Of a DNA stretch of 64,000 nt, positions 26,909 to 36,555 are shown one piece after another; the stretch's first letter is position 1, and each line of letters starts with the position of its first letter. The translations under genes and the position numbers were made by a program. The stretch is taken from the IMG/VR virus record IMGVR_UViG_3300030095_001206, positions 1 through 64,000 of that record; one strand, 5' to 3'. Source of the DNA: a virus (Duplodnaviria; Caudoviricetes). The notes under the pieces are model-generated. The model saw nothing but the letters and a program-made list of their open reading frames with translations. It was not told the origin of the DNA and searched no databases.

Positions 26909-27402
26909 AACCAATCGGGTTTTCTGGACTCGTCACGTAAATAATTAGATGCAACCCAAGGTTTGCTGCTAATGTAATTTTTGTAAGCAGTAAAAGTGTC
27001 AATGCTTGTGTCATGTTTATACTCATCTGGCATAGCACGAGTGAATGATTTAGGTGGTGAGCAGTCAGGGAATATACTATCTGCATGTTCTATAGTACGC
27101 TGACAACTGTGAACTTTGTTATAACGATGTGTGTACTCAGCACATAGTGCCAGACCATGCTGTATCAACCAACGAAAATTAGTCTGGGCCCAGATAGTGC
27201 AAGGATGATTACGAAATGCACCATGCTCAGTCTTATATGGTGTGCCGTCAAGTTTGGGTAATGTGCCATAACCATGACCCCACTTGGATGATGCAACAAT
27301 AGATAACATTTGACATGTTTCTAAAGGCATCTTGACGATGTGCTTGTCAGGTAAACACTGTGCTGATACTACAGGGTCAGAGTCAGTAACAAAAATGTTC
27401 AT
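26905..27402 (-). CDS. Pyrimidine-dimer DNA glycosylase / endonuclease V family protein
   Basis: MNIFVT...DKHIVKMPLETCQML, HPCTIW, EYTHRY, AMPDEYK. Confidence 0.8.
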   Translation of the reverse strand: MNIFVTDSDPVVSAQCLPDKHIVKMPLETCQMLSIVASSKWGHGYGTLPKLDGTPYKTEHGAFRNHPCTIWAQTNFRWLIQHGLALCAEYTHRYNKVHSCQRTIEHADSIFPDCSPPKSFTRAMPDEYKHDTSIDTFTAYKNYISSKPWVASNYLRDESRKPDWL

Positions 27403-27530
27403 ATATCACAAATGGGATGTTGAGTGGTTTCTTCCTCTTCCTCAATTATAAGGCCTTCTTTCTTAAGTTTCTCATAATTGTAACAACTCTTAAAACTTAT
27501 CTTGACCTTTGGTTCCTTTTGCTCTGTCAT
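27399..27530 (-). CDS. 43-aa hypothetical protein missing from ORF track
   Basis: MTEQKEPKVKISFKSCYNYEKLKKEGLIIEEEEETTQHPICDI; ATGA overlaps at both ends. Confidence 0.72.
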   Translation of the reverse strand: MTEQKEPKVKISFKSCYNYEKLKKEGLIIEEEEETTQHPICDI

Positions 27531-29698
27531 GCTACTAACTCCACAAATTCTGAAAGAATTTTACGATTGAACTTCGACTTATTTAACGATTTTTTAAAGG
27601 CACTTCTAATCTGTGCTTTAGTTGCATTCGCATCAGGATCAAACTCAACTTCCTTATTCATTTCATTGGTAGAAAGAGCAAAGAACTTAGTATAGTTACC
27701 GATAGGAAGAGAAACTGCTTTTTCTTTTTTCCACTTAGCACTAATCTTCTCATCATAAATTCCATTCATACGGAATAATCTTTGAATTGTTGAATTACCT
27801 GCTAGACGAATTCCAATAAAATTAACCTCAGGGAAACTATCTTGAAGATGTTGCATTAATGCAGCAGTACCTTCAGTCCACTCTGAAAGACGATAAGTAG
27901 TTCCCAATTTACGATCTCTAAGATAGGTGCAGGTGCTTCTTACTGGTCTGCAAAAGAGTTTCCTATCAAAAGTATAAGGGTTCTCAGTCTCAGCACTATA
28001 AGAAAGTGGTTCTGATTCACCATCAGTCAAGATAATAGCTTGAACTTTTTGTAAGTCATACTTCTTCTTGAACTGAGGAATGATGTTGTGTAGAACTACC
28101 AAAGAAGTATCCAATGGAGTACCACTCAAATGGAATCTTTGAGGAGCATCAATCCAATGTGAAATGTCACGAGCCATTGCACATGTCAAACGCCAGAAAT
28201 TTTTGATTTGACGATCAAACTCTTTGATACTACCCTCACTAGATAAGAATTCTAAGAGACGGTAAGAGTCAGGAATGAAAACTTCATTTCTCTTATGTTC
28301 TTTAATAAGAGAGTCATTACTAGGGTTATAATATCTTCCATCATCCTCATTGTTAACAAAGTAACAGTTAGTAAATCCATATACCCTGAATGGGATGTTT
28401 ACTTTCTTACAGAACCATACAAGATTAAGTAACTGCTTAACAGTTGCACCTAAGCATTCATGCATTGAACCACTCCAATCCAATAAGAAAAGTAATCCAT
28501 GATTCTTACCATCAGGTAGAACTGTTACCTTCTTAAAAATATCATCATTGTATTTGTAAGTGTGAAGCTTTGTGGTATCCAGCACTCCAGTTCTAGCAGT
28601 AGCAGCACGTGCATAAGCATCTGCAGACTTTCTACATTCAAATTCTTTAACAAGATAATTAACTTCTTTTTCTGCCTCCTTTTTAATTTTTAATAATTCT
28701 TCGTCTATTGGTTGTGTATATGTTTTTTTATTAAGTGGTTGTGAATAAATTCTATCCCAGTACTCTTCACAAAAATCACTTATCTCTTCATTTCTAACGA
28801 TAACCTCATCAGGTATCATATGTGGTTTTTCAATATAAGTATTGTTTCTAACTGGTTTCTGAGCAATCTTCTGTAAGTTACCACCAAGACTCTTAGCAGT
28901 TTCTACATCTAGAGAAGGGGCATTATCCTCATCTAAAGGAGAGCCATTATCATCCATCCCAGTATCAGAAGAATCGCTATCACTCCCACCTTCCACATCA
29001 TCACTGCTATCAGAGCTAGAAACGGGAGACTCATCAGAACCACTGCTGTCGTCAGTACTATCCCCACTATCCTCAATGCCACCCATAGGAAGTTGAGCAC
29101 CTTCTGTTCCTTCTTGATCCTGATCAGTGGGTTGGTTTGCTTTGCAGAAATTATATAACGCTTCTGCAGCTGCGAGGGTGTCCTCAAACGTTTTAGCGTT
29201 TTCAACGACATTTACAATCTCCTGTTCTTGTGGGGTAAATTTAACTCCTAGAAATGCACCAATCTTAGCATGAAGATTTATCTTGTCTGCTAGATTGAAA
29301 CTATTCACATCTTGATCTCCAACTTCAAAAAAATCTTTAGCATGAAGTTCACTATAACCACGATAGAATGTTTTGGCAATACCTAAGTACTTATCTTTCA
29401 TCAACTTCTCTACTCTAACATCTTCACATACATTCACAAACTGTTGAGGTGCTTTACACTTCTGTGTCCAGTCCTCATTAGGTGTGAAGAGAGCATGAGA
29501 AACCTCATGTCCAACCAACATATCAAACACGTAATTACTAGCGTCCCAGATAGGAAGGGTAAGAACTCTATTCTCCACATCAAACTGAGCCGTCTCAACT
29601 TCACGATGCTCTACTACAATGTCCTCTGTTGCTAAGAGTTTAGCAAGAGTACCTTTGACTTCTAGATTAACTGACATGTGTTGTTTGCTCGTATGCAC
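27527..29698 (-). CDS. Zincin-motif plus VWA/MIDAS domain protein (CobT-like partner of MoxR ATPase)
   Basis: GHEVSHALFT (HExxH), acidic linker, LLDWSGSM, SGTPL, ILTDGE. Confidence 0.85.
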   Translation of the reverse strand: MHTSKQHMSVNLEVKGTLAKLLATEDIVVEHREVETAQFDVENRVLTLPIWDASNYVFDMLVGHEVSHALFTPNEDWTQKCKAPQQFVNVCEDVRVEKLMKDKYLGIAKTFYRGYSELHAKDFFEVGDQDVNSFNLADKINLHAKIGAFLGVKFTPQEQEIVNVVENAKTFEDTLAAAEALYNFCKANQPTDQDQEGTEGAQLPMGGIEDSGDSTDDSSGSDESPVSSSDSSDDVEGGSDSDSSDTGMDDNGSPLDEDNAPSLDVETAKSLGGNLQKIAQKPVRNNTYIEKPHMIPDEVIVRNEEISDFCEEYWDRIYSQPLNKKTYTQPIDEELLKIKKEAEKEVNYLVKEFECRKSADAYARAATARTGVLDTTKLHTYKYNDDIFKKVTVLPDGKNHGLLFLLDWSGSMHECLGATVKQLLNLVWFCKKVNIPFRVYGFTNCYFVNNEDDGRYYNPSNDSLIKEHKRNEVFIPDSYRLLEFLSSEGSIKEFDRQIKNFWRLTCAMARDISHWIDAPQRFHLSGTPLDTSLVVLHNIIPQFKKKYDLQKVQAIILTDGESEPLSYSAETENPYTFDRKLFCRPVRSTCTYLRDRKLGTTYRLSEWTEGTAALMQHLQDSFPEVNFIGIRLAGNSTIQRLFRMNGIYDEKISAKWKKEKAVSLPIGNYTKFFALSTNEMNKEVEFDPDANATKAQIRSAFKKSLNKSKFNRKILSEFVELVA

Positions 29699-29847
29699 CT
29701 ATTATAAACGCCCCCAGAGCGTTTGGGAGCGTGTAGTAGACAGTTTATCAACTGTCTGCGTTTGGCACGTGCTTGACGCAATGCCTGTGGTTTGAGATGG
29801 CGTTTCTTTTCCTTCTTAGAATGATGCTGCCAATTAGGTACTTTCAT
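29662..29847 (-). CDS. Small basic hypothetical protein (C-terminus uncertain, runs across a promoter)
   Basis: MKVPNWQHHSKKEKKRHLKPQALRQAR. Confidence 0.6.
   Translation of the reverse strand: MKVPNWQHHSKKEKKRHLKPQALRQARAKRRQLINCLLHAPKRSGGVYNRCIRANNTCQLI
29701..29757 (-). promoter_or_regulatory. Promoter with palindromic box AGACAGTT-GATA-AACTGTCT(AC), N29, TATAAT
   Basis: Perfect 8-bp inverted repeat at 29738-29757; -10 at 29701-29706. Confidence 0.7.
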
Positions 29848-29974
29848 CATCCTCACCCCATGCTTCTAAGTCACCACTAGTCATGCCACCACAAACAGTG
29901 TACTTGTCCTCTCCATCAGGTTCATTTAGATCTGCTGGATTGGATCCAACCTGAACGCATTTTTCTTTTGTCAT
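29834..29974 (-). CDS. 46-aa acidic hypothetical protein missing from ORF track
   Basis: MTKEKCVQVGSNPADLNEPDGEDKYTVCGGMTSGDLEAWGEDDEST; ATGA overlap with gp46 stop. Confidence 0.65.
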   Translation of the reverse strand: MTKEKCVQVGSNPADLNEPDGEDKYTVCGGMTSGDLEAWGEDDEST

Positions 29975-31704
29975 AGTTCTTGTGCAACGGTACTAGGCAT
30001 TATACGGGAAAATCCCTTGACTTTCTCAAATCTTATCACATTGTCAAATTTGTCAAACATACCCTCCTTATGGGATATTACAAAGATGTTAGCACCTTTG
30101 ATGACATAACGGATAATCTTAAGGAAATCTTCATTACCAGATCCATCAAGTGAACTGTCAAACACCTCATCCATAATAAGGAGATTGGTGTTAGTGGAAT
30201 TTTTATATGCAGCGATCTCACGCCAAGTAAAGAGTAACGCAAGATCTATCCGCATCTTTTCTCCCTCAGAAAAACTTGCATATGAGAAGTCTTCATGAAT
30301 AGGTGATTCAATACTTTCATTAAACTCCTCATCAAGAGTAAAGTTAATATAGAAGTCCATCATCTGAAGGTATCTGTTAACTTGTTGATTAATCAGTGGA
30401 AGATACTTCTTAATGATCGTCTTCTTTACTCCACTATCCTTGAGTAAACCAAATGCAAAGTCATGTTCTGAGATCAGTTCTTTTTGCTCTGCAACCTTTT
30501 CGTATGTTGTTGAAAGGCTGTGTTGGTATTCAGCTAATTTCTCATGCTCAGTATTTCTATTTTCAAGTTGTTCGGTAATTCTTTGAATCTCCGATTCCAA
30601 ATCCCTTGACTGACGTTGTAGTCCAGAAACGAGCGTATTGTTTTGAGAAATGCCATGTGTTAGAGAAGTAACCTCCTGTGTGATATTGGTGAAACGAACC
30701 TCTCTTAACTCCTCTGCTTGTATCTTGGACTCTAATTCTTCGAGACCTGTTTGGAGTTTGTTTATAGAGTTATTGAGATCCGTAATTTTATTTACCCTGA
30801 AAGATTCTTCTATGGATTGTGTACATGTAGGGCATGATACATTTTCATTGAAAAAGTTACATTCACTACCAACTCTTTCTTTCTTTGTCTGTATCTTAGC
30901 ACGTAGATTACTTAATTTTTTTAATGATCCACCAACATCACTTAATCCCAAAAGTCTACTATCAAGAGTTTCAAGTTCCTTGGAAAGTTTGTCATTCTTA
31001 TCAATGTATCCTTTAGCTTCCTTTGCTATTTCATTAATCTGATTTTGTTTTTTCTTTATATCTTCATGACTAGTTGCTTCAATAGTCTTGATAAAATTCT
31101 CTTGCATTTCTACTTTATCAATTAAACTATCTTTCTTCAACTCTAATGTTCTAACCTCATCCCTCTTAGATCTGAGTTTTGCTTTTACAACTTCACTCAT
31201 AGCAGAGAATATTTTGATATCCAATAGATCTTCAATCACTTCTCTACGATTAACAGCAGTTAATTGCATGAAGGGAACAAATGTACTAGATCCTAATATA
31301 ACAATCTGAGTAAATGATTTAAAGTTTAACTTAAGAATACTTTGCTCAAAATACTTTTGTTGCTCAACTGCATTAGCAAACTGGTCTTGTACCTTTCCAT
31401 CAATCCATATCTCAAACTTATTTGGTTTCAATCCACGTACAACTTTATAATCTCTATTCTTTACATGAAACTCAACCTCAACTAAACCTTCTCTTTCATT
31501 CGTAGTATTAATAAGTTGTGACTTAGTAATCTTTCTAAAAGGTTTATTGAATAAAGCAAAACACAAAGCATCTAGAATGGTGGACTTACCAGCACCATTT
31601 GTACCTACAATAATATTTGTGTCATATGCAGTTAAATGAACTTCAGTAAACTGATTACCAGTACTTAAAAAGTTTTTCCATCTAACCTTCTGAAAGGAGA
31701 TCAT
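29971..31704 (-). CDS. gp46: Recombination endonuclease ATPase subunit (gp46, Rad50/SbcC-like)
   Basis: GTNGAGKST, CPTC zinc hook, FSEGEK, LIMDEVFD, ISH. Confidence 0.96.
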   Translation of the reverse strand: MISFQKVRWKNFLSTGNQFTEVHLTAYDTNIIVGTNGAGKSTILDALCFALFNKPFRKITKSQLINTTNEREGLVEVEFHVKNRDYKVVRGLKPNKFEIWIDGKVQDQFANAVEQQKYFEQSILKLNFKSFTQIVILGSSTFVPFMQLTAVNRREVIEDLLDIKIFSAMSEVVKAKLRSKRDEVRTLELKKDSLIDKVEMQENFIKTIEATSHEDIKKKQNQINEIAKEAKGYIDKNDKLSKELETLDSRLLGLSDVGGSLKKLSNLRAKIQTKKERVGSECNFFNENVSCPTCTQSIEESFRVNKITDLNNSINKLQTGLEELESKIQAEELREVRFTNITQEVTSLTHGISQNNTLVSGLQRQSRDLESEIQRITEQLENRNTEHEKLAEYQHSLSTTYEKVAEQKELISEHDFAFGLLKDSGVKKTIIKKYLPLINQQVNRYLQMMDFYINFTLDEEFNESIESPIHEDFSYASFSEGEKMRIDLALLFTWREIAAYKNSTNTNLLIMDEVFDSSLDGSGNEDFLKIIRYVIKGANIFVISHKEGMFDKFDNVIRFEKVKGFSRIMPSTVAQEL

Positions 31705-31966
31705 AATCTGGTTCTTCAGGGGGAATTACAATGTCATCTTTGGTGATAATGGAATAGCGGTATCCATTATGTTCACAGATTTGAACAGCAGAACGGTCTT
31801 CCACTTCTATGATAGTCATCTCTGGATAACCCCTCTCTTCTAACATCATAGCAAACCGTTCAGCATCATCTTCCTCTACAAAGAGGTATAATACTTTTTG
31901 GCCAAATCTATCGTTAGCAGCATAGGCTCCACTATCTTCTTTTCCAGAGACAGCAAGTAAGTGCAT
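31682..31966 (-). CDS. Conserved hypothetical protein between gp47 and gp46
   Basis: LYLFVEEDDAERFAMMLE...ITKDDIVIPP. Confidence 0.8.
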   Translation of the reverse strand: MHLLAVSGKEDSGAYAANDRFGQKVLYLFVEEDDAERFAMMLEERGYPEMTIIEVEDRSAVQICEHNGYRYSIITKDDIVIPPEEPDYDLLSEG

Positions 31967-33015
31967 TATGTCACCTCACATGCCTCTTTGTAAACATTCT
32001 CTAGTATCTTCTTAACCTTAGACTTGTCAATAGAAGTTTCAACCTCATCAACATACTGACTCAATAGACTCAATGTATCTTCGCTTTCTTGTCCTTGATA
32101 TTCATGAGTTACAAATCCAGTACCATAATCAAATGATTCAATAGTCTTTAACTCTGCAACTCCTGCTTGATATAACTTATCAATAAATTTATCTAACTTA
32201 GTTCCTTTACCTTTATCCTGTACGATTACTTTAACAATCTTATCTTTATAAGATGTAGCATTAAAAGTTTGATAGTTAGTATCATTATAATATATCTTCT
32301 CAAAAATATTAAAAGGATTATTGACTGGAGTATGCTCTAAAGTTTCAGTATCAAAAATATGAAATCCTCTTACATCTCCACAATCATTCCAATAGATCTC
32401 ATATGGATTACCTAAGTAATGAATATTCTCTTGAGAATTTCTATGATGATAATGTCCAGAGTATACCTTTTCAAAATCTTTATATATTCCTTTATCCTGT
32501 CCATGCTCCATTACATGATAAGCATTAGCTAAGAAACCATTAAGTTCTAAATGTCCCATAACAACAGGGCATTTAGACTTCTTAAGATGATTATATGTAC
32601 TATCTTGATTATCTGTATTAACCCAAGGAACAAATGCTATATTCAAACCACCAAATTTTAACTCCTCATATTCAGTGATAACACGGATATTATCGTACTC
32701 TCGTAATAATAATTCGCAAGCATTGATCGTATTAGTATTTTTGTAGTAGGCGGTGTGATTACCAACAATAGTCGTAAGATTAATTTTCCTATCTCGTAGA
32801 CGGTCAAAATAGTTTGCTTTGGCCCACTGGAGAGCACTAAAATTAATCCCTGTACGATTATCGAAAGTATCCCCCATATCAATAACGGTATCGATGCTAT
32901 TGTCTTCAAGATATGGAAAAAAGACTTCATCGTAAAACTTCCGAAAGAAGTCATGAAATAACTTTGAGTTTTTACGAGCACCAAAATGCTGATCGGTTAT
33001 GATCGCAACCTTCAT
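31966..33015 (-). CDS. gp47: Recombination endonuclease nuclease subunit (gp47, Mre11/SbcD-like)
   Basis: ITDQHFG, MGDTFD, VGNH, GHLE, SGHYH. Confidence 0.96.
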   Translation of the reverse strand: MKVAIITDQHFGARKNSKLFHDFFRKFYDEVFFPYLEDNSIDTVIDMGDTFDNRTGINFSALQWAKANYFDRLRDRKINLTTIVGNHTAYYKNTNTINACELLLREYDNIRVITEYEELKFGGLNIAFVPWVNTDNQDSTYNHLKKSKCPVVMGHLELNGFLANAYHVMEHGQDKGIYKDFEKVYSGHYHHRNSQENIHYLGNPYEIYWNDCGDVRGFHIFDTETLEHTPVNNPFNIFEKIYYNDTNYQTFNATSYKDKIVKVIVQDKGKGTKLDKFIDKLYQAGVAELKTIESFDYGTGFVTHEYQGQESEDTLSLLSQYVDEVETSIDKSKVKKILENVYKEACEVT

Positions 33016-33503
33016 TGATTACCGCTACGTAATTTAGCATGGATATTATCCTTGATGCTATTATAATCCGAATAGTTCCCTCCGTCAAGTGTGTTGTCAT
33101 CAACCATCACTTGTTCAAATCCAGAACGTTCTAAAATTTTATTCTTAACTTCTAATTGTCTTTTCTCTCTCTGAATACGTCTAAGAAAAGCGTAATGTAT
33201 GATCTGGGTAAAATAAGCGAAAGGATTACTAGATTTAGCAGGATCAAAATTATTGATATACTGCACACAGTTTTCAATTCCATCACATACCATGTCATCC
33301 TTAAACATGTAATTTACAAAATTTGGTTTGTAAGATAAGTGTGTTGCAATCTTTAAGAAACACTCTCCCAAATAATTTGTAATTCTAGGCTTAGGTTTTT
33401 CCAATTCTACTGCATCTGCCACTGATTGTTTGTACGCAACAATTGCAGCTAAAAACTCTTTATTGTTTACGTAATGCTCCGATCTGGCCCTGCGTCTAGG
33501 CAT
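33012..33503 (-). CDS. gp55: Late-transcription sigma factor (gp55)
   Basis: HYVNNKEF, CFLKIATHLS, DGIENC, NPFAYFTQI. Confidence 0.95.
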   Translation of the reverse strand: MPRRRARSEHYVNNKEFLAAIVAYKQSVADAVELEKPKPRITNYLGECFLKIATHLSYKPNFVNYMFKDDMVCDGIENCVQYINNFDPAKSSNPFAYFTQIIHYAFLRRIQREKRQLEVKNKILERSGFEQVMVDDNTLDGGNYSDYNSIKDNIHAKLRSGNQ

Positions 33504-33540
33504 AGTTGTAAATGACATAAGTATCTCTCACCTGTACATA

Positions 33541-33569
33541 ATTATATCAGGGGCTTGACAAGATGTCAA
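33541..33569 (-). promoter_or_regulatory. Consensus sigma70 promoter for gp55: TTGACA-N17-TATAAT
   Basis: -35 at 33569-33564, -10 at 33546-33541. Confidence 0.85.
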
Positions 33570-33583
33570 ATGTTCAATAGAAT
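33555..33583 (+). promoter_or_regulatory. Antisense-facing sigma70 promoter: TTGACA-N17-TAGAAT
   Basis: -35 at 33555-33560, -10 at 33578-33583. Confidence 0.65.
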
Positions 33584-33611
33584 AACTCTGTTAAGGGTTC
33601 AGGGACAAGCT

Positions 33612-34019
33612 TTAGCTTTCTTTTTGTATATCTTTCTTATAGAGTTGTTCTAACATTCTTTTAGCGTCTTTAACACTAGATATGTATCCCATACGTCTAT
33701 CTATGCGAGATAAATTGCCTTCATGAGAAGACTCTTCAACGTACCTTTGATGAATCATAATCATTTCTGCATCTTTACATTCTACCATAGTCATTATATT
33801 TTTTAAATCTATTACCATCATATCTTCATCATTAGTCTTTAACCAAGGTTCTACTTTATATCCAGCAACTACATTAGCACCAGGCATTTTGACATTCTGA
33901 ACTAACACTGGATGATGTAATAATAAAAGAGTTCTATTATCTTCATCACAAGCCGCTATACGAGCGAAGATTTCTTCTCCCGATATTAATTTTAGTGATG
34001 CATAAAAATCTTCTTCCAT
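33612..34019 (-). CDS. Conserved hypothetical protein between uvsW and gp55
   Basis: YASLKLISGEEIFA...KVEPWL pattern. Confidence 0.82.
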   Translation of the reverse strand: MEEDFYASLKLISGEEIFARIAACDEDNRTLLLLHHPVLVQNVKMPGANVVAGYKVEPWLKTNDEDMMVIDLKNIMTMVECKDAEMIMIHQRYVEESSHEGNLSRIDRRMGYISSVKDAKRMLEQLYKKDIQKES

Positions 34020-35482
34020 TATCTTTTGAGTTTGATTGAGATTATTTCATAGTTGAATTGTTCTTCGTTATAAGTTTTGATACGTTCAATTAAATGATTT
34101 AAAGTATAATTCTTGCGGGACTGATGTGTACAGTCATCCGCAATATCATACAACATTGCTTTTACTTTATCTTTCCCTTTTCTAAGAACCCTTCCAATGG
34201 ACTGGAGATTTCTAACTCTGGACTTGGAGGGACTGGCGAAGATGACGTTGTGCAACCGCTTAATGTTAATCCCAGTACTGAAAGTACCATAACTGGCAAC
34301 AATAATCGCATTTGATTGATCCTCTGTGATTTCACGAACTTTTTCTCTTTCGTCAGCAGCTACTCCACCATGTATAAAGAATACTTTACGATTTGCTGAC
34401 TTATTATTATTTATTAAATCGTATAATACTTGTCCATGTGACTCTACTCTACTATAAAGTAAGAGTGTATTTCCCTTTTGATCTAGTGCTAAGTTCTTTA
34501 AGAAATTATTTCTTTGTTCATGTTGAATAAGGTATTGTATCTCATCTTCATATGTTTCAAACTTAATAGGCGGATGCCTTAAAACGAGACATGTAATGTC
34601 GAGTTTTGCTAATTGACCTTTCTCCATCAACTCTTTAGTCCTTGTCACCTTATATGCTGGACCAAACAATCCTTCCAATACCCACTTATGAGTTTGTGTA
34701 CCATCAAGAGTACCAGTAAAACCAAACCGATACTTTGCAGTATGCAACTTAGTCATGATTTGAACTAGTGATTTAGATTTAAATTGATGTGCTTCATCAC
34801 CTACTACAACATTAAACTCTTCAAAATACTTTCGTGGTAACTTATAGATAGATTGCCACGTTGTAATGGTGACTGGACATGTTGTCTCCTTCTCTCGGCC
34901 TGCGTATATTTTGTGACAGTATGTCGCAGCATCCCAACCGTAGTCTTCAAAATCTTTATACATCTGCTCTACGAGAGATGTCGTTGGGACAACTACAAGA
35001 CTTTTTTGCCCTTTACCTGTATAGTACCTCACTAGAGCGTAGATCATCAAAGATTTACCAGAAGCAGTTGGTGATATCAATAATCTTCTATGATGTCTTA
35101 AAGCGTCGTACACTCCCTCTATCTGGTATTCACGTGGAGTATGACGAGATATAGCTGTCATATAATCCTTAACACCTTCCATCGACACCATCTCATCAAC
35201 TTGGAATGGTGTACCAAAAAATTTGTTATCTAAAAACTTATACTCGTAATTATAATTCTTACAGAAAGAAGTTATCTTATCTAATAGACCAACGTATATC
35301 TCCCCTGTGTGGGTTGAGAAAAGACGAATCTTCCCATCCCAGTGCTTATTGCGATACTGTGGCATGAACTTTGCCCCAGGTACTTCAAATGTAAAATGAT
35401 CTGAGAGTTCTTGGTATATGTGGGGCTCTGCTCTAACCCGAAGAAAGACTTCATTTTTCTTTTCAATTTCAAGATCAACCAT
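34019..35482 (-). CDS. uvsW: SF2 helicase UvsW
   Basis: SPTASGKS, VGDEAH, GFTGT, QSIGRVLR; start revised to MVDLEI. Confidence 0.95.
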   Translation of the reverse strand: MVDLEIEKKNEVFLRVRAEPHIYQELSDHFTFEVPGAKFMPQYRNKHWDGKIRLFSTHTGEIYVGLLDKITSFCKNYNYEYKFLDNKFFGTPFQVDEMVSMEGVKDYMTAISRHTPREYQIEGVYDALRHHRRLLISPTASGKSLMIYALVRYYTGKGQKSLVVVPTTSLVEQMYKDFEDYGWDAATYCHKIYAGREKETTCPVTITTWQSIYKLPRKYFEEFNVVVGDEAHQFKSKSLVQIMTKLHTAKYRFGFTGTLDGTQTHKWVLEGLFGPAYKVTRTKELMEKGQLAKLDITCLVLRHPPIKFETYEDEIQYLIQHEQRNNFLKNLALDQKGNTLLLYSRVESHGQVLYDLINNNKSANRKVFFIHGGVAADEREKVREITEDQSNAIIVASYGTFSTGINIKRLHNVIFASPSKSRVRNLQSIGRVLRKGKDKVKAMLYDIADDCTHQSRKNYTLNHLIERIKTYNEEQFNYEIISIKLKR

Positions 35483-35906
35483 AACCAGCAATGAATTTCT
35501 GCCACTCGATTGCATTCTTAATTTGATAAGTCCTATTGTTTATCTGTTTAAGGATGCTCTCAATATAATTTAGGAGAGTTTCGTAGTAGTCAATTTTAAG
35601 ATTTATTTCTTTTAATTTATCATCTGCATCAAGATACTTAGTCATAGTATCCTTATCTCTTATCTTTTTTCCAAAAGGATTCTTCTCATACACCTCTGGG
35701 TCTGCTTTACCAGAGTAGTATTCATATCGTTCATGTCTAATATTCTTTCTTTGTTGTTCTGCTTTCTTTCTTAACAGCAAAAAATTATTAAACATATCAT
35801 GGTACTTAGCATGTAGCGACGGTACTTTTAATGATTCTGTGTGTAGATTGTCTGGATCAATCTGTGAGTCTTTCTCCCACATACTTTGCAAAGTTTCTAA
35901 ATTCAA
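35475..35906 (-). CDS. uvsY: Recombination mediator UvsY
   Basis: LHAKY, YYSGKA, RTYQIKNAIEW; position before uvsW. Confidence 0.9.
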   Translation of the reverse strand: MNLETLQSMWEKDSQIDPDNLHTESLKVPSLHAKYHDMFNNFLLLRKKAEQQRKNIRHERYEYYSGKADPEVYEKNPFGKKIRDKDTMTKYLDADDKLKEINLKIDYYETLLNYIESILKQINNRTYQIKNAIEWQKFIAGYG

Positions 35907-36469
35907 ATTGGTATTCCTTGGTTGTTAACAATTTCATAGATGGTGTATTTGAATGTTACTTCTGCTGTGAAGTAATCAATATCACCAGGTGTGGCATCAA
36001 ACTGTAATGATGTTAATTCAGTTGGCCATAGATCACTATATTTTACCATAAATTGGGGATTATTGGTAGAGTCTAATACCATTAATGTTCCATCACTTAC
36101 TAGGTTATCTGGATTTTTTGGATCAGAATCTGCAAAGTCTGTATTACCACTCCACAATCTATAAATTTCATTTAAACTCTCTGGAAATGCTATTCCACGC
36201 ATCCAGTTTTGTATCTGCATATAGTTTTCTAAATTCTCATCGACTAAAAACCTTAAGGTAAAGTCTTGGAATTCCATCTTATCACCAGGTCTTGGAATAT
36301 CCTTAAGATAAGTTGGTTGTTCAGCAGGTTGTATATTAAGTCCTGGTATCTGTGCCGTATTAGCAAAGAAACTTACCTTAGGACATTTGACCAATGTGAA
36401 TTTAAATCCAATTGGTGAAAGGAAATTTCTATTCTGTATCTGTTTCTCAAAAGGATTACTTGTTGCCAT
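35903..36469 (-). CDS. gp3: Tail completion / sheath stabiliser (gp3)
   Basis: NRNFLSPIGFKF, FLVDENLENY, SDGTL, PTELTSLQFD. Confidence 0.85.
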   Translation of the reverse strand: MATSNPFEKQIQNRNFLSPIGFKFTLVKCPKVSFFANTAQIPGLNIQPAEQPTYLKDIPRPGDKMEFQDFTLRFLVDENLENYMQIQNWMRGIAFPESLNEIYRLWSGNTDFADSDPKNPDNLVSDGTLMVLDSTNNPQFMVKYSDLWPTELTSLQFDATPGDIDYFTAEVTFKYTIYEIVNNQGIPI

Positions 36470-36494
36470 CAGTTCACGCAGGTCTCCATTTGGC

Positions 36495-36501
36495 TATTTA
36501 G
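36495..36501 (-). promoter_or_regulatory. Late promoter (CTAAATA) for gp3
   Basis: Directly after the gp23 terminator. Confidence 0.65.
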
Positions 36502-36503
36502 AC

Positions 36504-36535
36504 AAAAAAAAGACCCTTCCGAAGAAGAGTCTTTT
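36504..36535 (-). terminator. Rho-independent terminator after gp23
   Basis: GACTCTTC-TTCG-GAAGGGTC followed by T run. Confidence 0.9.
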
Positions 36536-36555
36536 GAGAAATATAAGCATCTCGC

